A stretch of 64,000 bases of DNA from Anaerolineales bacterium (GCA_963676155.2 CAXXOS010000001.1:509984-573983); one strand, 5' to 3'; numbered from the stretch's first letter, positions 34,154-44,315 are shown. Notes: generated by a model not told the origin, from the letters alone. Made by a program: numbers and translations.

Positions 34154-35227
34154 ATGACAGAGAAAACGAATAGTTATGATTTTGAAGGGGCAACTTGCGC
34201 AGTGCCTTTGGTGCATGATGAAAAGATTGTGATGGGGCATGGCAGTGGGGGGCGAATGTCTTTGGATTTGATTCGCAATGCGTTTTACCCTTCTTTTAAG
34301 AATGATATTTTGGGGGCGGGCGATGACGCGGGGGTGTTTGATGTGGCGCAAGGGCGCATGGCAATGAGCACGGATGGGCATGTGGTGGCTCCTTTGTTTT
34401 TCCCGGGGGGGGATATTGGTTCTTTGGCGGTGTGTGGCACGGTGAATGATTTGGCTGTGATGGGAGCTGTTCCTCGCTATATAACTGTTGGATTTGTTTT
34501 GGAAGAAGGATTGCCGATGCAGACGTTGGCAAAGGTGATTGATTCGATGAAACGTGTGGCAGCGGAATCTGGGGTGCAGGTTGTGGCGGGGGACACAAAG
34601 GTGGTGCAAAAAGGCAATGCAGATGGGTTGTATATTACTGTGGCTGGCGTGGGAATGATTCCGGCTGGGGTGAATATTTCTGGGAATAATGCGCAAGTGG
34701 GGGATGCGGTGATTGTGAGTGGGACGATTGGCGACCATGGGATTGCGGTTTTGGCTGCGCGAGGGGATTTGGGTGTGGAAGTGGATTTGGAAAGTGATGT
34801 GGCGCCTTTGAACGGGATGATTGCAGAGATGATGCAAGCGAGCAATCAAATCCATGTGATGCGTGATCCTACGCGTGGAGGCGTGGCGACGACTTTGAAT
34901 GAAATTGCGGGGCAATCTGGGGTGACGATTGAGTTAGATCAGGAAGCCTTACCGTATCATCCGGCAGTGCAAGGGGCTTGTGAGATTTTGGGATTTGATG
35001 GGTTGAATATTGCGAATGAAGGCAAAATTTTGACTTTTGTGGCGCAAGAAGATGCTGAAAAAGTGTTGGCAACGATGCGCGCCCATGAATATGGCAAAGA
35101 TGCGACGATTATTGGGCGAGTGACTGAGAAGAATGAAAAGGGTGGCCGCGTGGTGTTGAAGACTTTGTTGGGGACACACCGAATTGTGGAAATGTTGCGG
35201 GGAGAGATGTTGCCACGGATTTGTTAG
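34154..35227 (+). CDS. hypE: hydrogenase expression/formation protein HypE
   Basis: AIR-synthase-like repeats and the diagnostic C-terminal PRIC. Confidence 0.95.
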   Translation: MTEKTNSYDFEGATCAVPLVHDEKIVMGHGSGGRMSLDLIRNAFYPSFKNDILGAGDDAGVFDVAQGRMAMSTDGHVVAPLFFPGGDIGSLAVCGTVNDLAVMGAVPRYITVGFVLEEGLPMQTLAKVIDSMKRVAAESGVQVVAGDTKVVQKGNADGLYITVAGVGMIPAGVNISGNNAQVGDAVIVSGTIGDHGIAVLAARGDLGVEVDLESDVAPLNGMIAEMMQASNQIHVMRDPTRGGVATTLNEIAGQSGVTIELDQEALPYHPAVQGACEILGFDGLNIANEGKILTFVAQEDAEKVLATMRAHEYGKDATIIGRVTEKNEKGGRVVLKTLLGTHRIVEMLRGEMLPRIC

Positions 35228-35243
35228 TGGTTTGGTTGGCTAG

Positions 35244-35999
35244 ATGAAGGAGAGCAAGATGAATGAGACGATTCAGACGATCTTGGGGCGCAGTTCTTTG
35301 CGGAAGTATGCAGATGCACCGGTGACAGATGAAGAATTACAATTGATTTTGCAGAGTGCGATGCGCGCACCAACTTCTTCTAATTTGATGTTATATTCGA
35401 TTATTCAGGTGACAGACCAAGCCAAAAAAGAGGCGTTGGTGGACACTTGCCATCAACAACGTTTTATTGCGAAGGCACCGGTGGTTCTGTTGTTTGTGGC
35501 TGATTTTCAACGATTGAGTGATTATTTTGATGCACATGGGGTGCGAGCACTCTCTGCACCGAAGGAATCGGAATTGGTGTTGGCGATGATTGACACAATT
35601 GCAGCTGCTGAAAATGCAGTGATTGCGGGGGAATCTTTGGGGATTGGGTCTTGTTATATTGGGTATGTGTTAGATAATTATCAAATGCATCGAGAATTGT
35701 TCCAATTACCTGAGTATGTGTTTCCGATGGCTTTGTTGACAATGGGGCATATTCCGGAAGGCTATGAACGCCCGCGAACCACTCGATATGCGCAAGATTT
35801 GATTGTGTTTGAGAATGAATATCAACGCTTGTCAGATGAGGATTTACGGCGAATGTTTGCCGATAGTGAAGCGGTGTATAATGAAAAGGCACGGCAACGA
35901 AGCTTTGCCGAGGTGTTGGATCGACGGATTAATCAGAAGGTGTCTGAGGAGATGCGGGCTTCGGTGCGCAGTGCTTTGCAGGCTTGGCGTTCTGAGTGA
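35244..35999 (+). CDS. nitroreductase family protein
   Basis: RSSLRKY...MRAPTSSN...IGSCYIG pattern. Confidence 0.8.
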   Translation: MKESKMNETIQTILGRSSLRKYADAPVTDEELQLILQSAMRAPTSSNLMLYSIIQVTDQAKKEALVDTCHQQRFIAKAPVVLLFVADFQRLSDYFDAHGVRALSAPKESELVLAMIDTIAAAENAVIAGESLGIGSCYIGYVLDNYQMHRELFQLPEYVFPMALLTMGHIPEGYERPRTTRYAQDLIVFENEYQRLSDEDLRRMFADSEAVYNEKARQRSFAEVLDRRINQKVSEEMRASVRSALQAWRSE

Positions 36000-36039
36000 T
36001 GGTTTGAGATGGGGGATGGATGATTAAAAAGGAGAAATT

Positions 36040-36780
36040 ATGAAAAATGAAGTGCTTGATGTGATTAATGGGCGAATGTCTTTGCGTAAGTTTGCGGACA
36101 AGCCAGTGACACAGGAAGAAATTGATGCGATTGTGCATAGCGCGATGCGCGCGCCGACGGCGGGGAATATGATGTTGTATTCGATTTTGCATATCACGGA
36201 CCAAGCCATCAAGGATCGTTTGGCGGTGACGTGTGATAATCAACCTTTTATTGCGAAGGCGCCTTTGGTGTTGATTTTTGTGGCAGATTATCAACGTTGG
36301 TATGATTATTTTGCTGCTTCGGGGGTGGATGTGCAGACTTCTCCCAATGAGGCCGATTTGCTTTTGGCTACTTTGGATTCGATGTGCGCTGCTCAGAATG
36401 CGGTGATTGCGGCGGAATCTTTGGGGATTGGGTCTTGTTATATTGGGGATGTGATGGAGAATTATGAGATTCATCAGGAATTGTTGAATTTGCCTGATTG
36501 GGCTTTCCCGGTGGGGATGTTGTGCTTTGGGCATTATCCGGAGACGATGAAACGCAAACCACGCCCTCGTTTTGATAAAGAGTATATTGTGTATGAGAAT
36601 CAATATCGACAATTGAGTGAAACAGAATTAAAGGAAATGTTTGCGGAGACGGAAGCAAGCTATCATAAAGTGCCGAGAGAGAAGGCTTTTGCACAGGCTT
36701 TTTATGATCGGAAGGTGAATTCTGATTTTTCGCATGAGATGCGCCGCTCTGTGCGGGCAGCTTTGGAGAAATGGAAATAA
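36040..36780 (+). CDS. nitroreductase family protein (tandem paralog)
   Basis: RMSLRKF...MRAPTAGN...IGSCYIG, colinear with the upstream paralog. Confidence 0.8.
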   Translation: MKNEVLDVINGRMSLRKFADKPVTQEEIDAIVHSAMRAPTAGNMMLYSILHITDQAIKDRLAVTCDNQPFIAKAPLVLIFVADYQRWYDYFAASGVDVQTSPNEADLLLATLDSMCAAQNAVIAAESLGIGSCYIGDVMENYEIHQELLNLPDWAFPVGMLCFGHYPETMKRKPRPRFDKEYIVYENQYRQLSETELKEMFAETEASYHKVPREKAFAQAFYDRKVNSDFSHEMRRSVRAALEKWK

Positions 36781-36902
36781 GTATATTCGATATGTGGTCT
36801 AAATGATAAGAGAGAGTTAAATCTTTGAAAACAAGAGAATGATTTTTGTTTTTTTGCTCTCTGTTTTATGGTATTATGTACTTCATATTAATATAAAGCA
36901 TT

Positions 36903-37346
36903 TTGGAGTATTTTGACGTGACATTGGAAAATAAGAATCAAGAAAAAATCACAATTATAGAAGGTCCCTCACCGATGTTTGAGCTGATTCCGATGGGATG
37001 GGCGACGAGCATTGTGGAAGGCGTTGCGCCTGCAAATGTGGCGTTGACACGTTTGCGTACTTTCAAAGGAATTGAATTGGTGGAACGTTGTCATCGTTCT
37101 TGGCGCAATCAAGAAGTGATCAATCTTGAATATCGAAATCAAGATGGGGTTGCAACGGAAGTGCCGATTGTGGCGGCTCGTTTTTCTGATACGGAAGAAG
37201 GGCAAATGCTTTTGTTGTGGGTGCGGCTTTCGGAAAGTGAATTTGAAATTGCTTTCGACGATGACTTCGAAGATGACGATGAAGAAGATTTCGAAGATGA
37301 TGGTCTTGATGGCGATGATTTAGATGATTTTGACATGCCCTTCTGA
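36903..37346 (+). CDS. hypothetical protein with a strongly acidic C-terminal tail
   Basis: 147-aa ORF ending in DDDFEDDDEEDFEDDGLDGDDLDDFDMPF. The start codon is uncertain (TTG 36903 or GTG 36918). Confidence 0.45.
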   Translation: MEYFDVTLENKNQEKITIIEGPSPMFELIPMGWATSIVEGVAPANVALTRLRTFKGIELVERCHRSWRNQEVINLEYRNQDGVATEVPIVAARFSDTEEGQMLLLWVRLSESEFEIAFDDDFEDDDEEDFEDDGLDGDDLDDFDMPF

Positions 37347-37362
37347 TTTTGGGCATGTTTTG
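37333..37362 (+). terminator. hairpin spanning the stop codon (possible weak terminator or attenuator before hpt)
   Basis: acatgccc ttctgatttt gggcatgt followed by tttgt. Confidence 0.35.
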
Positions 37363-37379
37363 TATAGGGAGAGTAGAAA

Positions 37380-37904
37380 ATGAATAAACCACCAAAGATT
37401 AAAAAAGTTGTGATCACTGAGGAACAAATCAAAGCCCGATTGGTGACCTTGGCGAAAGAAATTGAAGCCGATTATGGAGGGGTTGAGGAGCCTGTCTATT
37501 TAATTGGGATTTTGAAAAGCAGTTTTGTTTTCATTGCAGACTTGGTGCGGGTGTTGGATTTGCCATTTGAGATTCATTTTATGGCAACGGCTAATTATGC
37601 TCAAGATAATGCGGTGAAATTGGTGAAAGATCTTTCAAAGAGTGTGGCAAACAAACATTTGGTGATTATTGAAGATATTTTGGACACTGGGGCGACGTTG
37701 AATTATTTGGCGCGTTATTTGGGGAGCCGTGGACCTGCCTCTTTGCGCACGTGTGTGTTGTTGGATAAGATTGGTTCTCAGGTGGAATCTCATGTGAAAT
37801 ATATTGGGTTTGAAGTGCCTGAGGGTGAATATGTGGGTTATGGGATTGACTATAACGAACATTACCGAGGATTGCCTTATATTGCTGAAATTGAGGTTGA
37901 ATAG
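37380..37904 (+). CDS. hpt: hypoxanthine phosphoribosyltransferase
   Basis: PRPP-binding motif VIIEDILDTGATL, 174 aa. Confidence 0.9.
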   Translation: MNKPPKIKKVVITEEQIKARLVTLAKEIEADYGGVEEPVYLIGILKSSFVFIADLVRVLDLPFEIHFMATANYAQDNAVKLVKDLSKSVANKHLVIIEDILDTGATLNYLARYLGSRGPASLRTCVLLDKIGSQVESHVKYIGFEVPEGEYVGYGIDYNEHYRGLPYIAEIEVE

Positions 37905-37954
37905 AACTGATTTTTTTGGCTTGTCTTTTTTGATAAAGGCAGAGAGAATTTAAT

Positions 37955-38752
37955 ATGAAGATTTTTAATAAAGTGATCGTTGTTACCGGTGCCGGAAGCG
38001 GGATTGGGCAAGCAATGACACTTTATTTGCTTAAAAAGGGGGCGAAGGTCGTGGCGGTGGACATTAATTTGCGAGGGTTGGAAGAGACTTTCGAAATTGC
38101 TGGACGTCCTAAAGAGCGTTTGTTTTTATATCAAGTTGATATCACTCAAAAAATACAAATTGAAGAATTGATTGCGTTTTTGAAAACTGAACAGATTGAT
38201 GTGGATGGTTTGATTAATAATGCGGGGGTGATTCAACCTTTTGAGAAGTTTGTGAATTTGGACGAGGCTACGATTGAGCGAGTGATTGGGATTAATCTAC
38301 TGGGGCCAATTCAGTTTACAAGATTGTTTTTGCCTTTGTTGTTTGCACGTGAAGAAGCGCATATTGTGAATATTTCTAGTATGGGAGGCTTTTTGCCGGT
38401 ACCTGCTCAATCGATATATGGGGTGTCTAAGGCAGGGGTTAAGTTATTTTCTGAAGCATTGCAAACGGAATTGATGGGAACGCATATAAAACTGAGCTTG
38501 GTGATGCCGGGGGGGATGGAAACGAAGATTGCTGCTAATTCTGATGCAGAACTTCCGATGGATCGTTCAAAGATTCGCTATAAGATGATGGCACCTGAAA
38601 AAGCTGCGAAAAAGATTATCGATGGGATGGAACGGAATCGAAAGAGGATGTTGATTGGATGGGATGCACAATTGATGGATGTGTTCTATCGAATTTCGCC
38701 TACTTTTGCTACGTTTATGATTTCAAAGGTGATGCGGTTTTTGATTAAATAG
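37955..38752 (+). CDS. SDR family oxidoreductase
   Basis: TGAGSGIG cofactor motif, NNAG, and the YGVSK catalytic YxxxK. Confidence 0.85.
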   Translation: MKIFNKVIVVTGAGSGIGQAMTLYLLKKGAKVVAVDINLRGLEETFEIAGRPKERLFLYQVDITQKIQIEELIAFLKTEQIDVDGLINNAGVIQPFEKFVNLDEATIERVIGINLLGPIQFTRLFLPLLFAREEAHIVNISSMGGFLPVPAQSIYGVSKAGVKLFSEALQTELMGTHIKLSLVMPGGMETKIAANSDAELPMDRSKIRYKMMAPEKAAKKIIDGMERNRKRMLIGWDAQLMDVFYRISPTFATFMISKVMRFLIK

Positions 38753-38770
38753 CAAAATGATGGTTTGAGG

Positions 38771-38799
38771 AAAGCACTTGGCTAAAGTGCTTTTTTTTT
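38771..38799 (+). terminator. rho-independent terminator
   Basis: aaagcactt ggcta aagtgcttt forms a 9-bp stem, followed by T9. Confidence 0.7.
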
Positions 38800-38800
38800 G

Positions 38801-39577
38801 TTAATTTTGCTTTTGGCGGACGATTTCAAAGAGCATGATGGCAGTGGCGATGCTGGCGTTGAGAGATTCCATGGCACCGGGCATGGGGATGTGGAGACTG
38901 TCTTGAGCAATTTGACGGGCTTCGAAGGTGGCACCGTTGGCTTCTCCGCCGATGAGGAGAGCGATGTTTTGGTTTAGGTTTGCTTGATAGATGCTTTGGC
39001 CTTCTTGCATGGCGGCGATATAGAGGGGAAGGTGGTTTTTTTCTAAGAGGGTTTGGGTTTCTTGCCAATTGAGATTTTGAATGGGTTGGCGGAAGATGGC
39101 GCCCATGGTGGATCGAATGACTTTGGGGGAGTAGATATCGACACAGCCGGGGGCGGTGATGATGAGATCTACGTTGGCGGCTTTGGCGGTGCGGATGATG
39201 GTGCCCATGTTGCCGGGGTCTTGGATGCCATCGAGAATGAGGACGAAGGAGAGCGCTTGGGGTGGTTGAATGGGTTGGATGGGAACGACGGCGAGGATGC
39301 CTTGGGGAGATTTGGTGTCGCTGAGGGAGTTCATCACATGGGGGGCAACGGGGATGCATTGGATATCTTGTGATTCAAAAAAGGATACGGTTTCGAGACC
39401 ACGCGGCTGAAGGGTTTCATCATAGAGGACTTGGAAAGGACGTTGGCCGGTGTTTTGATATTCTTCGACGAGGCGGATGCCTTCAATGACATAGGCGTTT
39501 TTGTTTTTTCTCTCTTTTGATTTGGAGAGGAGCTTTTTGATGTCTTTGATGGTGTTGTTCTGTACGGAAGTGATCAT
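38801..39577 (-). CDS. TrmH/SpoU family RNA 2'-O-methyltransferase
   Basis: LDGIQDPGNMGTIIRTA, LLIGGEANG and IPMPGAMESLNASIATAI motifs. Confidence 0.85.
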   Translation of the reverse strand: MITSVQNNTIKDIKKLLSKSKERKNKNAYVIEGIRLVEEYQNTGQRPFQVLYDETLQPRGLETVSFFESQDIQCIPVAPHVMNSLSDTKSPQGILAVVPIQPIQPPQALSFVLILDGIQDPGNMGTIIRTAKAANVDLIITAPGCVDIYSPKVIRSTMGAIFRQPIQNLNWQETQTLLEKNHLPLYIAAMQEGQSIYQANLNQNIALLIGGEANGATFEARQIAQDSLHIPMPGAMESLNASIATAIMLFEIVRQKQN

Positions 39578-39607
39578 GAATGGTTCCTTTTGATTTTTTC
39601 TTTTGAT

Positions 39608-40174
39608 TTATTCGCCAAAGACGGTTTGCCATGCGTTTTGGAATGCAGTTTGGGTGGGGGTGTCATAGACGGTTTGGTGGATGGTGTGCAGTGATGTGTG
39701 TGGATGGGCAAGGATATAGGTTTGGATGGCGCGGAAGATGACTTCACCACCGCGTTGTTTGGGGAAACCGAAGATGCCGGTGGAGATGGCAGGGAAGGCG
39801 ATGGTGTTGAAGTGGTGTTGATCTGCTAAGGCGAGACTGCCGATGATGGCATCGGTTAAATTTTGATCTTCCTTGCCGGTGCCCCAGATGGGACCGACGG
39901 CATGGATGACTTTTTTGCAGGGGAGGTTGCCAGCATTGGTGAGGGCAGGATGGATGTGAGAGACGGGACCGTGCTCTTGGACCCAAGCATTACTTTCTTG
40001 AGTGATAATGGGACCACCTTTTTTTTCTATGATGGCGGCAATGCCGCCGCCATGTTGCAATGAACTGTTGGCGGCGTTGACGATTGCATCTACTTTTAAT
40101 TGGGTGAGGTCGGCTACTTGTAAGAGTAGCTCGGTGTGTGGGGTGAGATGAGCGCGGGCTAAGATTGTTTCCAT
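39608..40174 (-). CDS. macro domain protein (ADP-ribose binding / O-acetyl-ADP-ribose deacetylase type)
   Basis: DAIVNAANSSLQHGGGIA...AFPAISTGIFGFP. Confidence 0.85.
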   Translation of the reverse strand: METILARAHLTPHTELLLQVADLTQLKVDAIVNAANSSLQHGGGIAAIIEKKGGPIITQESNAWVQEHGPVSHIHPALTNAGNLPCKKVIHAVGPIWGTGKEDQNLTDAIIGSLALADQHHFNTIAFPAISTGIFGFPKQRGGEVIFRAIQTYILAHPHTSLHTIHQTVYDTPTQTAFQNAWQTVFGE

Positions 40175-40184
40175 TTTGATTTGG

Positions 40185-41159
40185 TTATTTTTCTTTGGCG
40201 GCTTCTAAGATTTCTAGGACGGTTTTGATGTGATTGCGAGTTTGTTCGTGGGTGACGAGGGCGGGTTTGCTGTTGAGGATGGCATCGTGCATATTTTCAA
40301 TTTCTCCGTCGTAGAGAGGTTTTTTGGGGACGCGGATGGTGTGTTTTTTGTTTTTGGCATCATACCATTCGATGCGGCGCACTTTTTCTAGATTGTTGAA
40401 GGGGGATGGAAGAACGATGTGTCCGTTGGTGCCAAAGATTTCGGCTGCGGTGTAATAAGGAGTGGAGAAAGAGGAGCCGATTTGGGCCATGCGGTCGCTT
40501 GAATATTCTAAGGTGGCGAAGAGGGAGAGATCGATGCTGTTTTCGATGTCGCTGATTTTGGCAGCGGTGATTGCTTCGGGAGGTTCCCCAAAGACAAATT
40601 GGGCAAAGGAAATGGGGTAGACACCGATATCCCAGATGCTGCCTCCACCATATTCGGGGACCATGCGGATGTCATTGAAGTTATCTAAGCGGAAGCTGAA
40701 GAAGGCACGGACGAGCTGCACATCGCCAATTACTTTTTCGGCGAGGAGATCGGAGAGAATTTTCATTTGTGGGTGATGGAGGTACATGAAGGCTTCTTGC
40801 AGGATTTTGTTGTTGGCGGTGGCGGCGGCGAACATTTCGTCTACGTCTTCAACGGTTAAGGCGAAGGGTTTTTCACAGAGGACGTGCTTGCCGGCATTGA
40901 GGGCTTTGATGGACCATTCTTTGTGGAGATGGTGAGGAAGACTGATATAGACGGCATCAATCTCGGGGGAGGCGAGCAATTCTTCGTAAGAGCCATAGTA
41001 ATGAGGAATATTGTTTTTGCGGGCGTATTTTTTTGCTTTTTTAAGATCGCGGCTGGCCACTGCGGTGAGTTCCCCACGATCGGAACGTTTGATGCTGGGC
41101 ATTACTTTTTGGTTGATGCGAGCGGTGGACACGAGTCCCCAACGTACTTTTTTATCCAT
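40185..41159 (-). CDS. Gfo/Idh/MocA family oxidoreductase
   Basis: VRWGLVSTARIN Rossmann start and the EKPFAL motif. I prefer the ATG at 41159, which has an AGGAGG RBS. Confidence 0.85.
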   Translation of the reverse strand: MDKKVRWGLVSTARINQKVMPSIKRSDRGELTAVASRDLKKAKKYARKNNIPHYYGSYEELLASPEIDAVYISLPHHLHKEWSIKALNAGKHVLCEKPFALTVEDVDEMFAAATANNKILQEAFMYLHHPQMKILSDLLAEKVIGDVQLVRAFFSFRLDNFNDIRMVPEYGGGSIWDIGVYPISFAQFVFGEPPEAITAAKISDIENSIDLSLFATLEYSSDRMAQIGSSFSTPYYTAAEIFGTNGHIVLPSPFNNLEKVRRIEWYDAKNKKHTIRVPKKPLYDGEIENMHDAILNSKPALVTHEQTRNHIKTVLEILEAAKEK

Positions 41160-41284
41160 AAATCCTCCTAGGTGATTTTTTCTTTCATTATATACCATTT
41201 GTTTGGATGTGTTTTGTTTTATGGGTTCCATAGTACAATACGGGGAAGTTTTCATTTGATTTTTATTTTAAGGACGCGATTATT

Positions 41285-42205
41285 TTGGAAAAGAACGATG
41301 GGATGCGCACGAAGGCGATTTTGGTGGGGCTGGTGGTTACTTTTATTTGGGCGACTTCATGGATTTTGACGCCGATGATTATTCAGGAATTTGACCCGAT
41401 TCATTATGCAGGTGTGCGTTTTTTGATCGCTGGGTTGGTTTTGGTGGGGGTACATTTGATCTCTAAGAAGGGAACTCCACTTTCGGAGATTCGCCGAGAA
41501 GATTGGCGTTTGATATTTTTGTTGGGGGTGGCACAATCCTCATTTATGCAATTTACACAATATATTGCGTTGTTGTCTTTGGATGCGACTACGTTGAATT
41601 TAGTGTCGAATTTGAGTGCGATTTTGATTATTGTGTTGAGTGTGGTGATTTTGAAAGAAAAGCCTACCTGGCTGCAATTGGCGGGGGCAGGGGTGTTTGT
41701 GATGGGAGTGTTGGCGTATTATTATCCTTTTGGAAAGACAAGTGTAAATTGGTGGGGATATGTGTTTGGGTTCCTTTTTATTTTGAGTAGTAGCTTTGCT
41801 TCGATTTTGGCACGTGCGATGGGACGCCGTGGGACGGTGAAGCCGATTACGTATACGGGATTCTCGATGGTGATTGGGGGGATGGTGAGCTTGGTGTTGG
41901 GGATGCTTGTGGAAGGTCCGCAAACGCTTTCGTTGCGTATTTGGGGGTTGGTGATTTATATGGCGGTGGTGAATGCGGCGCTGGCGTTTGTGTTGTGGAA
42001 TTGGACTTTTTCTCGTTTGCGCTCTTTTGAGACGGCGTTGATTTCTAGCACGATGTTGGTGGAGATTGCTTTTTTGCAATGGGTGTTTTTTGGAAAAACT
42101 TTTAGTGGATATCAGATGTTGGGAATGGGACTGGTGATGGTGGCGGTGATTTTGGTTCAATTGAAGCAATTGAATTTTAGAAAAGAGAAAAAAGTTGTAG
42201 AATAG
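41285..42205 (+). CDS. EamA/DMT family transporter
   Basis: Ten hydrophobic segments in two EamA-like halves. Confidence 0.75.
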   Translation: MEKNDGMRTKAILVGLVVTFIWATSWILTPMIIQEFDPIHYAGVRFLIAGLVLVGVHLISKKGTPLSEIRREDWRLIFLLGVAQSSFMQFTQYIALLSLDATTLNLVSNLSAILIIVLSVVILKEKPTWLQLAGAGVFVMGVLAYYYPFGKTSVNWWGYVFGFLFILSSSFASILARAMGRRGTVKPITYTGFSMVIGGMVSLVLGMLVEGPQTLSLRIWGLVIYMAVVNAALAFVLWNWTFSRLRSFETALISSTMLVEIAFLQWVFFGKTFSGYQMLGMGLVMVAVILVQLKQLNFRKEKKVVE

Positions 42206-42234
42206 TAGTATCAAAAATAAAAAGGAGTAAGAAT

Positions 42235-43338
42235 ATGGCAGATTCTCGGATGAAAAAATTAGCAAAACTTTTGGTTGACTATTCAGTGAAGGTGAAACCC
42301 GGTGATTGGGTGTATATTAGCGCTGAAAAAGTGGCAGAACCATTTGTGAATTTGGTGTTGGAAGAAGTTTTGAAGGCAGGCGGAAACCCGACAGTGCAAT
42401 TGGGTTCAGATATGTTGCGAGAAACGATTATGAATTTCTCTGATGATACCCAACTTTCTTGGGTATCCCCTGTCCAGAAGTTGGTGATTGAACAAGCGGA
42501 TGTGATGATTAATATTTCTGCGAGTAGTAATACGCGCACATTGGCAGCTGTGGACCCGAAAAAACAACAAATCATGGGCAAGGCAAACAGCGAAATTTCG
42601 AAGATTTATATGAATCGTTCTGCAGATGGCTCTTTGCGTTGGGTGATTACACAATTCCCTTGCAACGCTTTGGCACAAGAAGCGGACATGAGCTTGCGCG
42701 ATTTTGAAGATTTTGTGTATGGCGCGACTTTTGCTGATCAGGATGATCCAATTGCAAAATGGACTGAAATTTCTGATGAACATGAAAAGATGATTGCTTG
42801 GTTGGATGGCAAAAAAGAAGTGAAGGTGAAAAGCAAACATGCTGACTTGACACTTTCTATTGATGGGCGAAAATTTATTAATTCTGCTGGGACAAATAAT
42901 ATGCCGAGTGGTGAGATTTTCACTAGCCCAGTGGAAGATTCTGTGAATGGTTGGATCTATTTTACTTATCCGGCAATTACGGGTGGACGTGAAGTGGAAG
43001 GGATTCGCTTGGAATTTGAGAATGGTAAAGTGGTGAAGGCTTCTGCTGAGAAGAATGAAGATTATTTGATGAAGATGTTGGACATGGACGAAGGCTCCCG
43101 CACTTTGGGTGAATTTGCGATTGGGACCAACTATGGGATTCAAAAATTCACAAAGTCTATTTTGTTTGATGAGAAGATTGGTGGCTCAATTCACTTGGCA
43201 ATTGGCGCTGGCTTCCCTGAAGCTGGCTCTAAGAATGTGTCGGCAGTGCATTGGGACATGATTTGTGATATGAAGACGGATAGTGAGATTTTGGTGGATG
43301 GCGAATTGTTCTATAAGAATGGTAAATTTGTCGTCTGA
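42235..43338 (+). CDS. aminopeptidase, M29 (AmpS/PepS) family
   Basis: LAKLLVDYSVKVKPGDWVYI N-terminus and the conserved C-terminal GGSIHLAIG...HWDM. Confidence 0.85.
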   Translation: MADSRMKKLAKLLVDYSVKVKPGDWVYISAEKVAEPFVNLVLEEVLKAGGNPTVQLGSDMLRETIMNFSDDTQLSWVSPVQKLVIEQADVMINISASSNTRTLAAVDPKKQQIMGKANSEISKIYMNRSADGSLRWVITQFPCNALAQEADMSLRDFEDFVYGATFADQDDPIAKWTEISDEHEKMIAWLDGKKEVKVKSKHADLTLSIDGRKFINSAGTNNMPSGEIFTSPVEDSVNGWIYFTYPAITGGREVEGIRLEFENGKVVKASAEKNEDYLMKMLDMDEGSRTLGEFAIGTNYGIQKFTKSILFDEKIGGSIHLAIGAGFPEAGSKNVSAVHWDMICDMKTDSEILVDGELFYKNGKFVV

Positions 43339-43363
43339 AGTTGAAGAGAATTTATTAAAAAAA

Positions 43364-43395
43364 AGAGAGCTTGTGAGACAGGCTCTCTTTTTTTA
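43364..43395 (+). terminator. rho-independent terminator
   Basis: agagagc ttgtgagacag gctctct followed by a T-run. Confidence 0.6.
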
Positions 43396-43475
43396 TTCTT
43401 TGGGTGAATTAATGTTGATGCGGGTGAGATTTTGTAAAATAGAGATAGTGTTGGGACATACTAAAGGAGATTTTT

Positions 43476-44168
43476 ATGAAGAAGAATCAAAAAATTGGAC
43501 TTATTTTAGTGATATTGGTTGTGGTGTTTGTGTTTGGCGCGGTGGGATGGCTGACGCGGGATCGGGCTGTTGTGATTGCTCCGGATGAGAGTACTAAGGG
43601 GAATGAACAACCAGGTGGTATTCGAAGCCTTCCTACTTTAAAATCTTTGGAAAGCAATGGATTGATCTATGACTTTAAAGAGTTGGCTATGGAGAATGAT
43701 ATGCTGGTGTTGAAGGGGTGTGTTGAGATGCCTGATGAGCGTTTTTGGATGCCGATGATTCGCTTGGTGAATGAAACAACGGGAGAGGTTTATTCGAATG
43801 GTAGTTTTTCAAATGAGAAAGACCCTTCGAACAATGATGTTAAGTATCGTTGTCATGAATTTCGTTTTGATGATGCGATGGTAAATAAGGGGGATGTGAT
43901 TCAAGTGTTGATTGATGATTTGGAAGCGTATTTGAACCCGATTAATGCGGACGGAAAAGACCTTGCAAAAATCCGAGAACGGATATCTGAGGAATTTCCG
44001 GGGTTGACGTTTGAATTAATTGTGGAAAGTGGGAATGGGGGCGGCGGTGGTCGATTTGAAATTATAGAAAACCCAGAGGGGATCTCTGAGGAGGATTTTT
44101 ATACTGCATTTAATGAAGCGACTGTTTTGAATTTCCCCTTAGAAATTGAATTTTCAATATCTTATTAA
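43476..44168 (+). CDS. membrane-anchored hypothetical protein (paralog A)
   Basis: N-terminal TM helix, colinear similarity to 44316-44957. Confidence 0.6.
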   Translation: MKKNQKIGLILVILVVVFVFGAVGWLTRDRAVVIAPDESTKGNEQPGGIRSLPTLKSLESNGLIYDFKELAMENDMLVLKGCVEMPDERFWMPMIRLVNETTGEVYSNGSFSNEKDPSNNDVKYRCHEFRFDDAMVNKGDVIQVLIDDLEAYLNPINADGKDLAKIRERISEEFPGLTFELIVESGNGGGGGRFEIIENPEGISEEDFYTAFNEATVLNFPLEIEFSISY

Positions 44169-44187
44169 ATAGGCTTGCACTGGATTC

Positions 44188-44219
44188 GAGAGGGGTTGTT
44201 TTGCAACTCCTCTCTTTTT
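44188..44219 (+). terminator. rho-independent terminator
   Basis: gagaggggttg ttttg caactcctctc (one mismatch) followed by a T-run. Confidence 0.55.
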
Positions 44220-44315
44220 AATGATTTCTATTTTTTCTTTGAAGAGATTAATGTGAAATCGGCAATCTGTCAGTATACTTGAGCCATGAAAAAGGGTTGA
44301 AAAGGAGCTGCGGCG

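Noticed and set aside
33087-34915. 311-aa and 267-aa minus-strand ORFs antisense to hypD and hypE. The same applies to 28604-29236 over gmk, 30541-31200 and 32391-33086 over hypF and hypC, 35929-36612 over the nitroreductases, 41600-42265 over EamA, 42406-43143 over the M29 peptidase, 52493-53065 over the P-ATPase and 56066-56698 over htrA.
   Set aside because: All lie opposite genes with diagnostic motifs. Their translations are low-complexity and biased (H, R, Q, I, P, S), as expected from the strand skew.
29366-35227. Search for hydrogenase structural genes or a maturation endopeptidase near the hyp operon
   Set aside because: No ORF in the window shows [NiFe] large- or small-subunit motifs. 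This is reported only as absence within the window.
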